A stretch of DNA of 64,000 bases from a virus (taxonomy: Duplodnaviria; Caudoviricetes), in the IMG/VR virus record IMGVR_UViG_3300032030_000005, positions 32,001 through 96,000 of that record; one strand, written 5' to 3'. The notes beneath the pieces were generated by a model. That model was given only the letters and a program-made list of their open reading frames with translations. It did no database searches and was not told the origin of the DNA. The stretch's first letter is position 1, and each line of letters begins with the position of its first letter. Below are positions 28,901-39,310 of the stretch, piece after piece. Position numbers and translations under genes: made by a program.

Positions 28901-30062
28901 TTATATTAAAATTATTACTGCTGATGAGGATGAAAGTGATGAAAGTTACAAAATTTATAGAAGATTAAATGAAACAGTTCCTATAGATGATACATTAGGA
29001 CATACAATATTAGAAAATGTAGAAAAGATGGATAGAGTATCTGTTATGTTCTATAATATTGTAAGAGGAATTACTAATAATCTATCAAATGATGTAGTAG
29101 AAGCTGATATGAGTGAACTATCAATAGATTCTATATTAGTATCTAGAACTGATTATGATATGGATAATGATGTTGATAGTAGATCAAATATTAATAATTA
29201 TGTATTAGCTACTGTATTAGATAATGCTTCTCCTGTAAAGATGTATCAGAATTTGTCAAGTGTTATGAGTTCTATTGTTGAATATGATGAAGAAACTGAT
29301 ACATTTGATATAGAATTAGTACCATTAATTTCATTAAGATATTATATGGCTAGACCAAAAATGTTATATGATTTATTAAATAAATTTATAGCTATTGTTG
29401 ATAGCCTTTTACCTAGACTTGAAAATAATACTAATTGTGATATGAAGTTCTATAATACTTACGGCCCGTCAAGATATTATTATTTCACAAAACAGTATTT
29501 AGATGAAATTAATTACGTAGACAAAGAAACTGGAGAGGAAGTTGATATTAATGACGATAACTTCAATCCTTATAGAAGTGCTATAGTTACTACTAACTCT
29601 ACAGTTATGTATAATTATTTAGGCAGAACTGATGCTATGTTAGATTTTACTATCTATGTAAATGAAAATATCACAAATCAAAAGGACGAAGAAATTAAGA
29701 AATATATTTCTGACTTTGTAGAGGCTTCTAATGATGATTTAATATTACCTATTTCTAATTTAATAGTAGCTTTACAGAATAATTTTCCTATTATTAAATT
29801 TATTAAATATAATGGTATCTTTAGTGATATTGTAAATAGTAACAACCCTTCAATTAATAATGACTATCAGTTAATTGATAATGATTTTGATTTTAATAAT
29901 TTAAGTAAAGATGAAATTAGAACTTATGTTCCTGAATATCTTAACTTAAAGAAATCTGTTATTAAAGAAACCGAAGATGCCATTGTGTATACTAATAATA
30001 TATTTAATTTACTTAAGTATTCTACATATGACTATGTAATTAAGATTACTTATAAATTATAA
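25938..30062 (+). CDS. Baseplate wedge protein, T4 gp6-like
   Basis: DEHFLNTAILPESIYNFAK...ATPA, YTTLGEEGN and SSGGKNR motifs; 1374 aa. Confidence 0.75.
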   Translation: MAIDITNKITSTDYADNTVDTSDKSIININSTSYNVFNNWMDFVKKYFGLDETDSPYISTLKSSFFGYFNEIASSEIKNAVYHKNFLYDEHFLNTAILPESIYNFAKQFNVPIDTATPATMYLKIGVAESSLTSSTLLKEVSIDKESTNKNDNVLKIYNLTFTRDNTLFTVSNYNFLLPYPIVLTIQEISGVTPDDKSYSYAVNYDTTAERFPFTEAMGTLPFLKVWKENVDDVDYVFIAFQVYQFEKRTTEVLVTSTQDNPDTIYHNVKFDNQLAFFDAKYEFNGKITDLNLYFNNIYVPSEEEYFAYYTYLNDNCLQISFSSNDITGFRPTQGSTLYFRTYTTLGEEGNFDYSGGVSMKFTNNTSYGYLDFSCETFVDGSSGGKNRLDTYGQKIKILEKITTRNNVITDNDLIRFFDSVNESLNINGSTIKFLKKQDDVIKRIYCNFLLLRDENKRVIPTNTAPHIKVKAQDLLVDKNKYVIKEHSIVKCNYVRDIANYNPLTMDPELVVENFNDYFDTTNNLRYSQDYIEYFLDNEYFQNILNEKTESYEIALDTLDSIYDIMKFFEVENDELVYTIPFMISIEKDPFLKATYYNMDVNTNAQINYKYLNSKVGASFNISTLSIEKDVNPTATNKYTLDSNVYKLSFNLNTNVSYSELKEKVVVKCLMTDMKDSKVYGHFFFKLRDVDIDENNVVSYSYKYEAELATDYTFDNGMLNMYNCLYRNIASINGYKSQLFKTVPIDEDICFQIGILYYDKSLAETQNKEEKADWFYPFPDGFIQNIEDAVRVIDDRTGGKEFTSCEDLTDQSEFYTNTNDVTLWKGYRNIDSILFLPVELDSSNSTGSNNNYQYYQDKPFDWNIEIDDKHPYTHSFGCLAYFLNEHKLSDCKLTIKIKDTFPVNNPDADTNHLSLNGYAKIVIPNLKIDTTVINIEIGHKIKYDEALPNFGNEDENISITKSYDKDGNKFITITIESIIKIINDINTSYIKIITADEDESDESYKIYRRLNETVPIDDTLGHTILENVEKMDRVSVMFYNIVRGITNNLSNDVVEADMSELSIDSILVSRTDYDMDNDVDSRSNINNYVLATVLDNASPVKMYQNLSSVMSSIVEYDEETDTFDIELVPLISLRYYMARPKMLYDLLNKFIAIVDSLLPRLENNTNCDMKFYNTYGPSRYYYFTKQYLDEINYVDKETGEEVDINDDNFNPYRSAIVTTNSTVMYNYLGRTDAMLDFTIYVNENITNQKDEEIKKYISDFVEASNDDLILPISNLIVALQNNFPIIKFIKYNGIFSDIVNSNNPSINNDYQLIDNDFDFNNLSKDEIRTYVPEYLNLKKSVIKETEDAIVYTNNIFNLLKYSTYDYVIKITYKL

Positions 30063-30133
30063 AAAAAAATAGAGATAAGCCTAGTGCTTATCTCTATTTT
30101 TCTATGAAAGGAAATAGGTAGGAAGATTTCTAA

Positions 30134-30475
30134 TTAGTCGTCGAACTCTTCTTCCCCTTCATACTCTGTAGGCTCGTTACAATAAGGAAGTATATTTTCC
30201 TTAAAAAACTTTTCTGTAAATACGCCACAACGTTTTAATTCGGATAATGTTGTAAGAGAACATCTTTCAACGTTCTCATTGAAAGTAAAGCCGTAAAGAG
30301 CCAGACCGTATTTGAAATCTTTTTCAGTAGGATAGAGACCAAAATGTTCTCTGGATTGCATAGGCATTCCAGAAATTTCTAGTCTAGCTAACATAGCTTT
30401 CTTAGTATCCGGATTAAGTTGAATCTTAAGAGAGCATGTGGGGGTAAGTTCGACCGTAAGAATCTCATCATTCAT
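30134..30475 (-). CDS. Hypothetical early protein
   Basis: AGGAGG SD; early-type promoter at 30525-30533. Confidence 0.65.
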   Translation of the reverse strand: MNDEILTVELTPTCSLKIQLNPDTKKAMLARLEISGMPMQSREHFGLYPTEKDFKYGLALYGFTFNENVERCSLTTLSELKRCGVFTEKFFKENILPYCNEPTEYEGEEEFDD

Positions 30476-30583
30476 AATTATTGTCCTCCTTAAAAATAAA
30501 AAATGAATATGATTTTACATGAATATAATATATATTTAAAAACATAAAGTTATATTTTTAAAGAAAAGTGAGGTGCTACTACG

Positions 30584-31441
30584 ATGCAATATTTCCATGA
30601 AGAAAAGATATTAAGTACTTTTAATACTAAAGCGGCTAAGAAAAGAAGAGATAAAGTTAATAAGACTCAAGAACTTTTAGAATCATTTGATGCTTTAAGA
30701 CAGACTGATGATATCATAGAAGAAAGACAAGAAAAGGCTTTACATGAAAGTTTAATGAATTCTTTTTCTAAAACAGGTAAAGAACTTGAAAAAGAAAATA
30801 CTATTAGAGATGTAAATCATAAAACTGATTATATTAATGAACAAATCGATACACTTGCTAGAGATTTATTCTTCTATACAGTATATGAATCACTTTTAGT
30901 TGATGAAGTTATTAAAAATGCTAACTATGAATATATTAGAGAGCAAGCTTATGAATTCTATGATAAATGTAATGAAAAAGGTATGTTAGTAGTTAAAGAA
31001 AATAGTGGTTTTGATGATTTACTTGGCACAGCTATTTGTAATCTTAAAGAAGAATTAGTTAATAATAATAGTTGTGATATTGGTAAAGTTCTTGAAGAAA
31101 CTGTTAATGATAAGAACTTCTTAACATTCTACGCTACCGAATCTATTAAGCTTAAGACTGCTGAAAGTCTTAGGAATGAAAAGAAGGCTTCTATTATTAA
31201 GGAAGAATTAATAAGTGAAGAAAAGTATGTTGATCCTTCTAAGTCATTATTCAGATTCCTTTTTGAAAGTAATATTCGTGATATTATCGATAAGACTGAT
31301 ATTACAGATCCAGAAAATCTTCAAGACATGGCTATGCTTGAAACTATTTTAGATTATACTATTATGGAAACTGCTAATACATTAGAATTAGTTAATTTCT
31401 CTAATCTTAAGTCTATCTGTAATAAACCTATTACTGTTTAA
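30584..31441 (+). CDS. Putative virion/head protein
   Basis: Late-type promoter at 30541-30552; Glu-rich with many L/I-x-E sites. Confidence 0.45.
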   Translation: MQYFHEEKILSTFNTKAAKKRRDKVNKTQELLESFDALRQTDDIIEERQEKALHESLMNSFSKTGKELEKENTIRDVNHKTDYINEQIDTLARDLFFYTVYESLLVDEVIKNANYEYIREQAYEFYDKCNEKGMLVVKENSGFDDLLGTAICNLKEELVNNNSCDIGKVLEETVNDKNFLTFYATESIKLKTAESLRNEKKASIIKEELISEEKYVDPSKSLFRFLFESNIRDIIDKTDITDPENLQDMAMLETILDYTIMETANTLELVNFSNLKSICNKPITV

Positions 31442-31481
31442 AATAATACCCCTAAAGTCTATAGACTTTAGGGGATATTTT

Positions 31482-32303
31482 TTAAATATAAATATGATAT
31501 CTAATATTAAATGAACTTGCTAATTCTTTTGATAAAGACATATTTTCAAATGTTAATCTACTTGCAAGACAAACAGTAGACATATCAATATCAGTTATAA
31601 TACCTGAATTACTTAAATCACAGTTAGCCATTACTAGACCAATTTCACTAAATGATTTACCAACAAGATCATTTCTAGTAATATCGAATTTAATAATATA
31701 TTCTACTTCAAAATTAGTAGGATTTATTTTAATTTCAGATTTAGTAGTATCTATAGATTTACAATAAAAATTATCATCATCATTTAAACTACTTGGTGAA
31801 AAATATTTAGTGAGTCCTGTAGTATTATCAATAACACGATCACTATCAAATGTAAGATTATTAAGATATGCATCTGTATTTTGATAACTATTATTACCGC
31901 CATTACCACCATTATTAGCATTTTCAGGTCTAGGAATCATAGGAACAGGAACAAACATTGTTGAATCTGTTGTTAAAGTACTATCGCTAGTGAAATTATC
32001 TATTGGTGAAGGAACTCTAATAATGGAAGGATTACTAATATTAGATCCATTATTACCAAACATAAATCCACAAATAACCGGCACATAATTTTCTTTACCT
32101 TCACTAGCTACCGGAATATATCCATTTTCTGTTGCTTTTGAAATAATTTTTCTATCTTTAAATATATTATATAACATAGCTAGTCTAGCTGATAATAAAA
32201 TTAAATTATCTACAGTTTTTAATAAATTACCTTTATCATCAAAGATTTCTACTCTACCTCTAATAGTTTTATCTTTAAATTCATAGAAATTTAACATACT
32301 CAT
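31482..32303 (-). CDS. Putative baseplate/tail structural protein
   Basis: RGRVEIFD...DNLIL and FSEIGL...SRLTF...RYHIYI pattern seen in myovirus baseplate/collar proteins. Late-type promoter at 32334-32345. Confidence 0.55.
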   Translation of the reverse strand: MSMLNFYEFKDKTIRGRVEIFDDKGNLLKTVDNLILLSARLAMLYNIFKDRKIISKATENGYIPVASEGKENYVPVICGFMFGNNGSNISNPSIIRVPSPIDNFTSDSTLTTDSTMFVPVPMIPRPENANNGGNGGNNSYQNTDAYLNNLTFDSDRVIDNTTGLTKYFSPSSLNDDDNFYCKSIDTTKSEIKINPTNFEVEYIIKFDITRNDLVGKSFSEIGLVMANCDLSNSGIITDIDMSTVCLASRLTFENMSLSKELASSFNIRYHIYI

Positions 32304-32409
32304 TCGAAAAAACCTTCTTTCATATAGAATTTATAATATTAAGTTACTATTTATATTTAAAAGTAAAATTAACATATTTGTATAAAATATAAATAAAGGA
32401 GCAACTATC

Positions 32410-33012
32410 ATGGGTATAGCTGAAAATACTGTAAAAAATAAAGTTGAAAAAATTAAAAAAGCTGAACTATCAATGGAAATTAAAGAACATATAGATCATT
32501 TAACCATATATATTACTATAGATCAAGCTATAGAACCTCAAATGAGACCTAGAGTTGGAAAATTCTTTAATATCTATGATCCATTGGAAAAATATAAGAA
32601 AATCTTAGGTGAAAAAATTAAAACTAGTTTAAATCATCTGCAAGTAAATATTGAAATGAATGAGGATAAATATATCGAAACTGAAATAGTTCTTACAAAT
32701 ATACCACCTAAAAATTTTACTAAGAAACAGTTAATAGCAGCATTTTTAGGAAATCTTAAATTTAATAAAAAGCCTGACATTGATAACTGTGTAAAAACTA
32801 TATATGATAGTACAGAAGGTATAATATTCTTTAACGATAGTCAAATAGTTAAAGAAACCTTTGAGAAAAAATATAGCACTAAAGAAGAGACATTTATTAT
32901 ATTTAATATATATGATCAACCTAAAATTAAAGGAAGATTAAGTAAAAAAGAATTAGACGATATCAAAGATTATACTGATATCTTAAATTATCTAAATAAT
33001 TTGGAAGGATGA
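32410..33012 (+). CDS. rusA: RusA-like Holliday junction resolvase
   Basis: KKPDIDNCVKTIYDS...IIFFNDSQIV catalytic motif. Confidence 0.85.
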   Translation: MGIAENTVKNKVEKIKKAELSMEIKEHIDHLTIYITIDQAIEPQMRPRVGKFFNIYDPLEKYKKILGEKIKTSLNHLQVNIEMNEDKYIETEIVLTNIPPKNFTKKQLIAAFLGNLKFNKKPDIDNCVKTIYDSTEGIIFFNDSQIVKETFEKKYSTKEETFIIFNIYDQPKIKGRLSKKELDDIKDYTDILNYLNNLEG

Positions 33013-33019
33013 ACACAAT

Positions 33020-33496
33020 ATGAAAAACAATATTGACAAGCTTTTTAATGAAGAAGATACTAATGAATTAGAACAAATACAGAGATTAAGAAAGAATATT
33101 CTTAAAAATATAGGTATTAAAAATTTTATAGACCTTATTAGAACTCTTATAGATGAATCAGAAGACTATGAATTTACATCAGCTAGTAAACGTAAATTCA
33201 TTAATATTAATACACCAATATTTACTATTAGAAAAAAAGGATTTGTTTATAATGAAAAAGACTATAGATCAGAGAAAGCCAAGGATGATAAGATTAATAG
33301 TATTGTTAATGAAATAAATCATGAAGTCTTAGAAAAAACAACTGAGCATATTTTAGATATTATATGTAGTGATCCAGACCTTAAAGCACTTTATGGTGAT
33401 ATGAATGAATCATTAAAAAATATTATATGGACTACTGTATTTGAAATTAGAGTTTCCTTAACTGATAATATTATCTATATGCGATATTGTATTTAA
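33020..33496 (+). CDS. Hypothetical protein
   Basis: 158-aa ORF with SD. Confidence 0.6.
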   Translation: MKNNIDKLFNEEDTNELEQIQRLRKNILKNIGIKNFIDLIRTLIDESEDYEFTSASKRKFININTPIFTIRKKGFVYNEKDYRSEKAKDDKINSIVNEINHEVLEKTTEHILDIICSDPDLKALYGDMNESLKNIIWTTVFEIRVSLTDNIIYMRYCI

Positions 33497-33570
33497 TTTT
33501 TTATTTATATATTATTATAGTGAATATTGTAACAGATATTTAAAATAATTTTATTTAGGAGGAAATAAAA

Positions 33571-34047
33571 ATGAACCCATTAACAATTTTTGCTATATCT
33601 GCAGCTGTTGGATTTGCAGGTGCTATGGCAGTACTATCACATCTTGATAAGAAAAAGAAGAATGTTATTGAAACAACATCTACTGAAACAAAGGATGATG
33701 AATCTGAAAAAGCTAAAGTAGACAAATCTATCAGTGTATTTATATCTACGCCATTTGCTGGTTTAGATGATAATACTATTGAACAGAATATTGAAGCAGC
33801 TAAACTGGAAGCTGCCGATAGGGTAAAAACTCTTGAAAATGATGAAAATCTAAAAATAGAATTCGTTCATAATTTCAAGAAAACAACAGAAGGTAAAAAG
33901 CCTTGCCAGCTCATCGCCGAAGCAATCTCAAAAATGGCAGATTGTGATTACGTCTATTTTACTAACGGATGGGAAAATTCCGAAGGATGTAAAATAGAAC
34001 AGGAAATTGCAAATAGATATGGAATGCAGCGTATCTATTCATACTAA
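33571..34047 (+). CDS. DUF4406 / nucleoside deoxyribosyltransferase-like protein with N-terminal membrane anchor
   Basis: VFISTPFAG and MADCDYVYFTNGWENSEGCKIEQEIA motifs; hydrophobic N-terminus; early-type promoter at 33507-33515. Confidence 0.7.
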   Translation: MNPLTIFAISAAVGFAGAMAVLSHLDKKKKNVIETTSTETKDDESEKAKVDKSISVFISTPFAGLDDNTIEQNIEAAKLEAADRVKTLENDENLKIEFVHNFKKTTEGKKPCQLIAEAISKMADCDYVYFTNGWENSEGCKIEQEIANRYGMQRIYSY

Positions 34048-34130
34048 ATAAGTATATCCCTAAGCTTATATAAGCTTAGGGATCTTTTATCTCATGAAGA
34101 GAATAAAAATTAAAAAGTGAGGTTAATAAA

Positions 34131-35090
34131 ATGAAAATCGATTATGAAAACCATAAGATAACAGTTTTAGTTGACGGAAAAGACTTTGATTACAAAGTTC
34201 ATAACTTTTTAAATGGCTCTTGCTATTTATATAATAAAATAGTAGAAGCAACCTTAATAATCGACATCAGAGATGATTATAAGGAAAACAATGATTGTCG
34301 CTTCTTTGGATTAAAAAAAGCATTTAGTAATTGTGAAAATTTAAAAACAGTTAATATATTAATTAGAAATGTTGACGGTCTTTTTAATTTTAATCCTGAA
34401 GCTAATATAATTGAAAAAGCTAAATGTTTTCAACATGCTTTCAATGTTGAAAAAATACTAGTTGTGTTAGAAAATACTTTTAAAGAAAGTATTAATTATC
34501 ATGAATTAACACGCAACTATATAACAACAAAAAATGATCGAAAAGTAATAGGTTTATTAAATTTCTTAAAATTATTAACAGAGAGCCTTATTGTACCATA
34601 CAATATGTATGATGGACGTTTATTAATAGATGATCTATCAATAGATGAGAATAATTTTTGGATGAATGATATATATGTAACAATAAAGAGGACCATACAG
34701 GGATCATTTAATCCAAAAGCATCTGATAATACTCGTGGTGCAAAGTTATTTAAGTACATTAGTAATTTAGAAACAGACGACGACCCAGTTAGTCTTAATA
34801 TTAGAAATGTAGAGACTAATGAAGAATTTGTTTTATTTGAATACATACCAACATTAAATAAAAGATCGTTTTTAAAATGCAAAGAGTCAATTTTGGAAAA
34901 TAATTATTTTCCAAAATTAAACGATAATTATAAGCATAATAATCAAGAATATGTTTATTATGATGTTATAAATTTTATTACTAATGAACTTAACCTTAGT
35001 AAAGAAAAAGCTATTTATAAGAAAAATACGTTAACGTTACAGTTAGATGCAACAACATATGCATTACTATTACTTAACATTAATTTATAA
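34131..35090 (+). CDS. Hypothetical protein with shared C-terminal module
   Basis: One LRR-like remnant (AFSNCENLKTVNI); C-terminus YKKNTLTLQLDATTYALLLLNINL. Confidence 0.6.
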   Translation: MKIDYENHKITVLVDGKDFDYKVHNFLNGSCYLYNKIVEATLIIDIRDDYKENNDCRFFGLKKAFSNCENLKTVNILIRNVDGLFNFNPEANIIEKAKCFQHAFNVEKILVVLENTFKESINYHELTRNYITTKNDRKVIGLLNFLKLLTESLIVPYNMYDGRLLIDDLSIDENNFWMNDIYVTIKRTIQGSFNPKASDNTRGAKLFKYISNLETDDDPVSLNIRNVETNEEFVLFEYIPTLNKRSFLKCKESILENNYFPKLNDNYKHNNQEYVYYDVINFITNELNLSKEKAIYKKNTLTLQLDATTYALLLLNINL

Positions 35091-35154
35091 TCCTCTTTTA
35101 AATACATAAAAATATCCCTAAAGACTATAAATGTCTTTAGGGATATTTTTTTTT

Positions 35155-35949
35155 TTAATTTAAACATTCACTATTTAAATTCGGAGGATGATTTGTCTGT
35201 CTTGACATGATGTTATAGTTCTTAGAACAATACTTCTTCTTAGAAATCTTAACACTTTCTTTAATTTTTGTATGATCCAGAGCTTGTTTGAATAAAGCTT
35301 TAAATTCTGACTCACCATAGTCTCTTACTGAGATACACATGCTTATAGGGTCTAACTCGTCACAACCCGGAAGAACTACTGATCTTGTGCTTTCACTAGA
35401 TTTTCCACAAATAGCACATAACCACATATGCCATTCTTTTATACTACATACACCCATAGTGTTACCAATCTTATTTAAGCACTTTTCACAATCAGTATCT
35501 ATTTCTGTTAAATTAAAACGGTTTAAATATTCATAACTAGTTCTAAAACCAGCAATAAATCCTAATTTCTTAATTTCACTACACCATTCATTAATCATAT
35601 AAGTAAGTGTAGATTTAGCCATATTTTCTCTTAAAGAAGTTTTTATATCATCAATTACATAATAACACGGACACTTAAAATTCTTATCTTTGATAACTTC
35701 TTTAAAAGCTTCAATTTCTTTTTTTGTTTCTTCAAGACTTTTTGCACGGCAGTTCCAATAACAACCTACTAGTAAATTAGCTTCAGTAGCCTTAGTATAA
35801 AATTCTTCAAACTTTTCATCTTTAATATCAGGGCCTTCACCAGCTCTAATAATTACAAATGAACATTTGCTTTCTGCTAATTTAGTAAAGTCAATATTGG
35901 CATTATCCTGAGATATATCGATGCCATAGAATAAGTCATTTAATAACAT
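35155..35949 (-). CDS. GH25 family muramidase-like protein
   Basis: YGIDISQDNANIDF, FVIIRAGEG, DEKF motifs. Probable start ATG 35949; late-type promoter at 35984-35995. Confidence 0.75.
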   Translation of the reverse strand: MLLNDLFYGIDISQDNANIDFTKLAESKCSFVIIRAGEGPDIKDEKFEEFYTKATEANLLVGCYWNCRAKSLEETKKEIEAFKEVIKDKNFKCPCYYVIDDIKTSLRENMAKSTLTYMINEWCSEIKKLGFIAGFRTSYEYLNRFNLTEIDTDCEKCLNKIGNTMGVCSIKEWHMWLCAICGKSSESTRSVVLPGCDELDPISMCISVRDYGESEFKALFKQALDHTKIKESVKISKKKYCSKNYNIMSRQTNHPPNLNSECLN

Positions 35950-36069
35950 AAAATCAACCCCCAGTTGACAAAATATTTTAGAATAACTTATTGTTGACGG
36001 CAACAAAAAAAGAAAAAAAGTGAGATTCTAAATGGAAGAATCTCACTTTTCATTACGCATTATTTACCA

Positions 36070-36351
36070 TCAAAAGATATAAGTAAATAATGCATAAAAA
36101 CCGAATGTCGCTAAAACGATTAGCGACATTACACTGACGGTAACGAACTCAATAGCAATTAAATTTGCCATTTTGTTAATTACCTTATACAGGTCATTGG
36201 TGAACTGTGATTTACCATGATATACTACCAATATATAAATGATGTACAGTATTAGTAGTATCAGTCCCGTTATGGTCATTGCCCCAAGACCATAACTCCA
36301 TATGTTATCGGGACTTAAGATTTTGAAAAATATTTCAAACTTATTGTTCAT
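36070..36351 (-). CDS. Small two-TM membrane protein (early)
   Basis: Two hydrophobic helices, AGGAGG SD, early-type promoter at 36398-36406. Confidence 0.6.
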   Translation of the reverse strand: MNNKFEIFFKILSPDNIWSYGLGAMTITGLILLILYIIYILVVYHGKSQFTNDLYKVINKMANLIAIEFVTVSVMSLIVLATFGFYALFTYIF

Positions 36352-36456
36352 AAGAAGTCCTCCTTTTTTAATTTAATATGTTTCCTATGACATCATTATA
36401 ATATATATCTAAAATTTGAGTAAAAACGGTTAAAGGGATTTCTCCCTTTAACCTAA

Positions 36457-36783
36457 TTATTTATAGTTTTCATCTATATTGTTATTTATACTATTCATAT
36501 AATCTAATTTCTTTTCATTTATTCTAGTCTTTTCTTCTTCTTTAGTTTCAAAGAATGACTTACATAAATAACCAAGAATTGTTAATAATAAAGTTCTAAT
36601 AACTTCTATGCTTACGTCTGTAAGTGGATTTGGATCTGCATTTTTAATAAGAGCAATCGTTGCTAAAATGTAAGACCATGTTACCCATACAATAGAAATA
36701 TATAGAATGAATACTACTAATCTTTTAGTAAATGTTGCTTTCTTAGTATTAAGCTTTTTACTAGTGTTTATTGGTTTACACAT
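36457..36783 (-). CDS. Holin-like two-TM protein
   Basis: Two TM helices with charged C-tail, near the GH25 gene; late-type promoter at 36809-36820. Confidence 0.5.
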   Translation of the reverse strand: MCKPINTSKKLNTKKATFTKRLVVFILYISIVWVTWSYILATIALIKNADPNPLTDVSIEVIRTLLLTILGYLCKSFFETKEEEKTRINEKKLDYMNSINNNIDENYK

Positions 36784-36943
36784 AACAACACTTCCCTTCT
36801 ATATAATATAATTAAATGTTGATATAAAACTGTAATAAATGTATGATCCGAATATATATTATAATTGTGTAAGAATGAAACATATAATGAAATCACCTAA
36901 ACAAGTGATGTAAATAAACTGTTGCCATAAAGGAGGTTATACT

Positions 36944-37408
36944 ATGGCAGATAAAGACAAAGAAATGATAAAGATCATTTTCTCAAAAAATGAAGAGCGT
37001 GGAATGATCCGTGCTTCTCTGTATAATAATGAGAAAAATGAAAAAGAAAACATTTCCATTTTTATTAAAAACGGAAATATCTTCGATAATGATGAAAATG
37101 AACCATTTGTTATTGAAGAAGTGGTACCTATACCATTTAAAAATAGGAATACAAATTCAGAATGTCGTCATTTTATAATTATTGGCGACAATGGAGTTAT
37201 AACTGCCAATGAAGCATATTGCAATGAAACATTGGAACAGATGGCTGCAAGAATGTTTGTTGAAAACCATCGTTCGGTAAAAGGATCGTCACATTTAATA
37301 ATGATCCAGATAAAAGATTCATACTATCATATACCGGAAATTCGCTTTGATAGCACGGATTATCATTCTGGCTATCCAGCGATTCTTTCAATGACTGTTA
37401 AAGACTAA
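36944..37408 (+). CDS. Hypothetical early protein
   Basis: Early-type promoter at 36854-36862, AAGGAGG SD, own terminator at 37432-37468. Confidence 0.65.
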   Translation: MADKDKEMIKIIFSKNEERGMIRASLYNNEKNEKENISIFIKNGNIFDNDENEPFVIEEVVPIPFKNRNTNSECRHFIIIGDNGVITANEAYCNETLEQMAARMFVENHRSVKGSSHLIMIQIKDSYYHIPEIRFDSTDYHSGYPAILSMTVKD

Positions 37409-37509
37409 TAATCTTTAACAGTTACTCTAGAAAAACAGTTCCTTACCATCGGAGCTGTTTTTTTTTTCGATTAAAAACTATAAATTATTAACATAAAAGG
37501 AGTGATAAT

Positions 37510-38217
37510 ATGTTAAGTGCTACTAGAATTATACAACGTCTTGAAAAGAAACTCGGTTATAAATTTATGGATCTAGAAATATCACATGAAGAAATAATTG
37601 ATAATCTTAAAGATGAAACTCTTAGAACCTTCTCTAAGTATTTTCCATATCAGGAATTATGTGTAGTAGATCCGGAAAATAAAGTAGATGGTATAGATAA
37701 TAGATTCTATATTGGAAGTCAAAATGAATGTGTTGGTATTAATAGACTTATTGGTGGTAGTTTACTTGGTGCTAACTATGTAACTAATATGTTACATCCG
37801 GTTAGTATGAGTATGTTACTTGGTGATCCTATTAGTAGACAATGTAACATTGATTTATTATCATTTACATCAAACCCTATAACTTTTAAATATTTTGAGC
37901 CGGGTATGATTGAAATTTATCCTTATTATCATAATATAAAATCTTATATAATAGTAGCTAATGTAGTTCACCCTGATCATTTTGGTACTATACCGATTAA
38001 TCTTGAAGATGAATTTATGGATTATGCATTAGCTGATACAAAAGATGCACTCTACACAATGAGATCTAGATTTGCTAATATACAATTACCATATGGCAAC
38101 ATAGAAATGTTCTTAGATCAATTACAAGGTGCTGAAGATAAGAAAGAACAGATTAAAGAAAAATGGAGAACTAATTCTCATAAGAGTTCTCATAGAAAGA
38201 AAATATTCATAGCATAA
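37510..38217 (+). CDS. Neck protein, T4 gp13-like
   Basis: KKLGYKFMDLEIS...TFSKYFP and DYALADTK...RSRFANIQLPYGNIEM patterns. Late-type promoter at 37476-37487. Confidence 0.65.
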   Translation: MLSATRIIQRLEKKLGYKFMDLEISHEEIIDNLKDETLRTFSKYFPYQELCVVDPENKVDGIDNRFYIGSQNECVGINRLIGGSLLGANYVTNMLHPVSMSMLLGDPISRQCNIDLLSFTSNPITFKYFEPGMIEIYPYYHNIKSYIIVANVVHPDHFGTIPINLEDEFMDYALADTKDALYTMRSRFANIQLPYGNIEMFLDQLQGAEDKKEQIKEKWRTNSHKSSHRKKIFIA

Positions 38218-38228
38218 GAGGTGTTATT

Positions 38229-39263
38229 ATGATAAGTAGAGAAGAATATTTAAAGAAAGTAAGACAATCAAGTTTCTATCAAAATGCTAGTCTTATAGAA
38301 CGTAAAAGAATATTAGAAGATGCTAATAAACAGTATGATAGAAGATTAGAACGTGAAAAAGAAGAAAAAACCTTAAAAGAAGAAGTTTATGACTCTATTA
38401 ATAATTTAGAAATCACTGATGTATTTCAAAATTTTGAAGATAAATATGGTAAGGATAATACTACTGAACTAACTACATTTAAAGACTTACATCAGAAAGA
38501 TGCTTTTCCACCTCATGGAAAAGATAGAGCTAATTTATTTAAAGCTGTTCATGAAAGAGATAAAAATATTGGTGTAGAACATCAAGTATTTAAAAATGCT
38601 AATAAACAAAAAAGGATGTGCGAAGAAATGACATATGAAGATTTATTTTTAGAAGGTTATTATGATGCTTTAAATGAAACTAAAAAGGAAAAAGAGGAAG
38701 AAGAAAATTTTTTTAAAAAGCATAAAAAGAAGATTATTGCTGGTGCTATTGGGGCCGGAGCTATTGCTGGTGCTGCTGGTGCTATTCATCATGATAATAA
38801 AAAGAGTTTAGCAGTAGCTAATAAAGCAATTACAAATGCTAAAAAAGAAGGAACTATTGGTGTAGGATATTATGACACAGCACGTCATAAATCACATTTA
38901 ATAAATGATGACTCATCTAGAAAAGAAAAAATTAAAGTTGGTAGATTTATGCGTGCTAAAGATTATATAGAAAGAAAAAAATATGAAAGAACACCAAAAG
39001 ATCAATTTAGACAATCATACATTGATGAAATGGAAAAACGAGCTCATAATAAAGAATTAAACGATAAAATTATGAATAGATTAGGCGTAAAACATGAAGA
39101 TTATGATGAACTTGATGAGATATTCATGGAAGGTTATTATGATGCCATTAATGAAATGACTGAAATTGATAACTATGGTGATGAATATGATTATGATGAA
39201 TACAATGAATATGATGAATTATCTGATATAGATGAAGATGATATCAAACATTCATATAATTAA
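38229..39263 (+). CDS. Putative virion (head) protein, EGYYDA family
   Basis: Two EGYYDA motifs flank a KKHKKKIIAGAIGAGAIAGAAGAIHHDNKKS segment paralogous to 6195-6677. Confidence 0.55.
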   Translation: MISREEYLKKVRQSSFYQNASLIERKRILEDANKQYDRRLEREKEEKTLKEEVYDSINNLEITDVFQNFEDKYGKDNTTELTTFKDLHQKDAFPPHGKDRANLFKAVHERDKNIGVEHQVFKNANKQKRMCEEMTYEDLFLEGYYDALNETKKEKEEEENFFKKHKKKIIAGAIGAGAIAGAAGAIHHDNKKSLAVANKAITNAKKEGTIGVGYYDTARHKSHLINDDSSRKEKIKVGRFMRAKDYIERKKYERTPKDQFRQSYIDEMEKRAHNKELNDKIMNRLGVKHEDYDELDEIFMEGYYDAINEMTEIDNYGDEYDYDEYNEYDELSDIDEDDIKHSYN

Positions 39264-39310
39264 TAAATATAAATTTTCCCTAAAGGCTATATAGCCTTTA
39301 GGGATATTTT

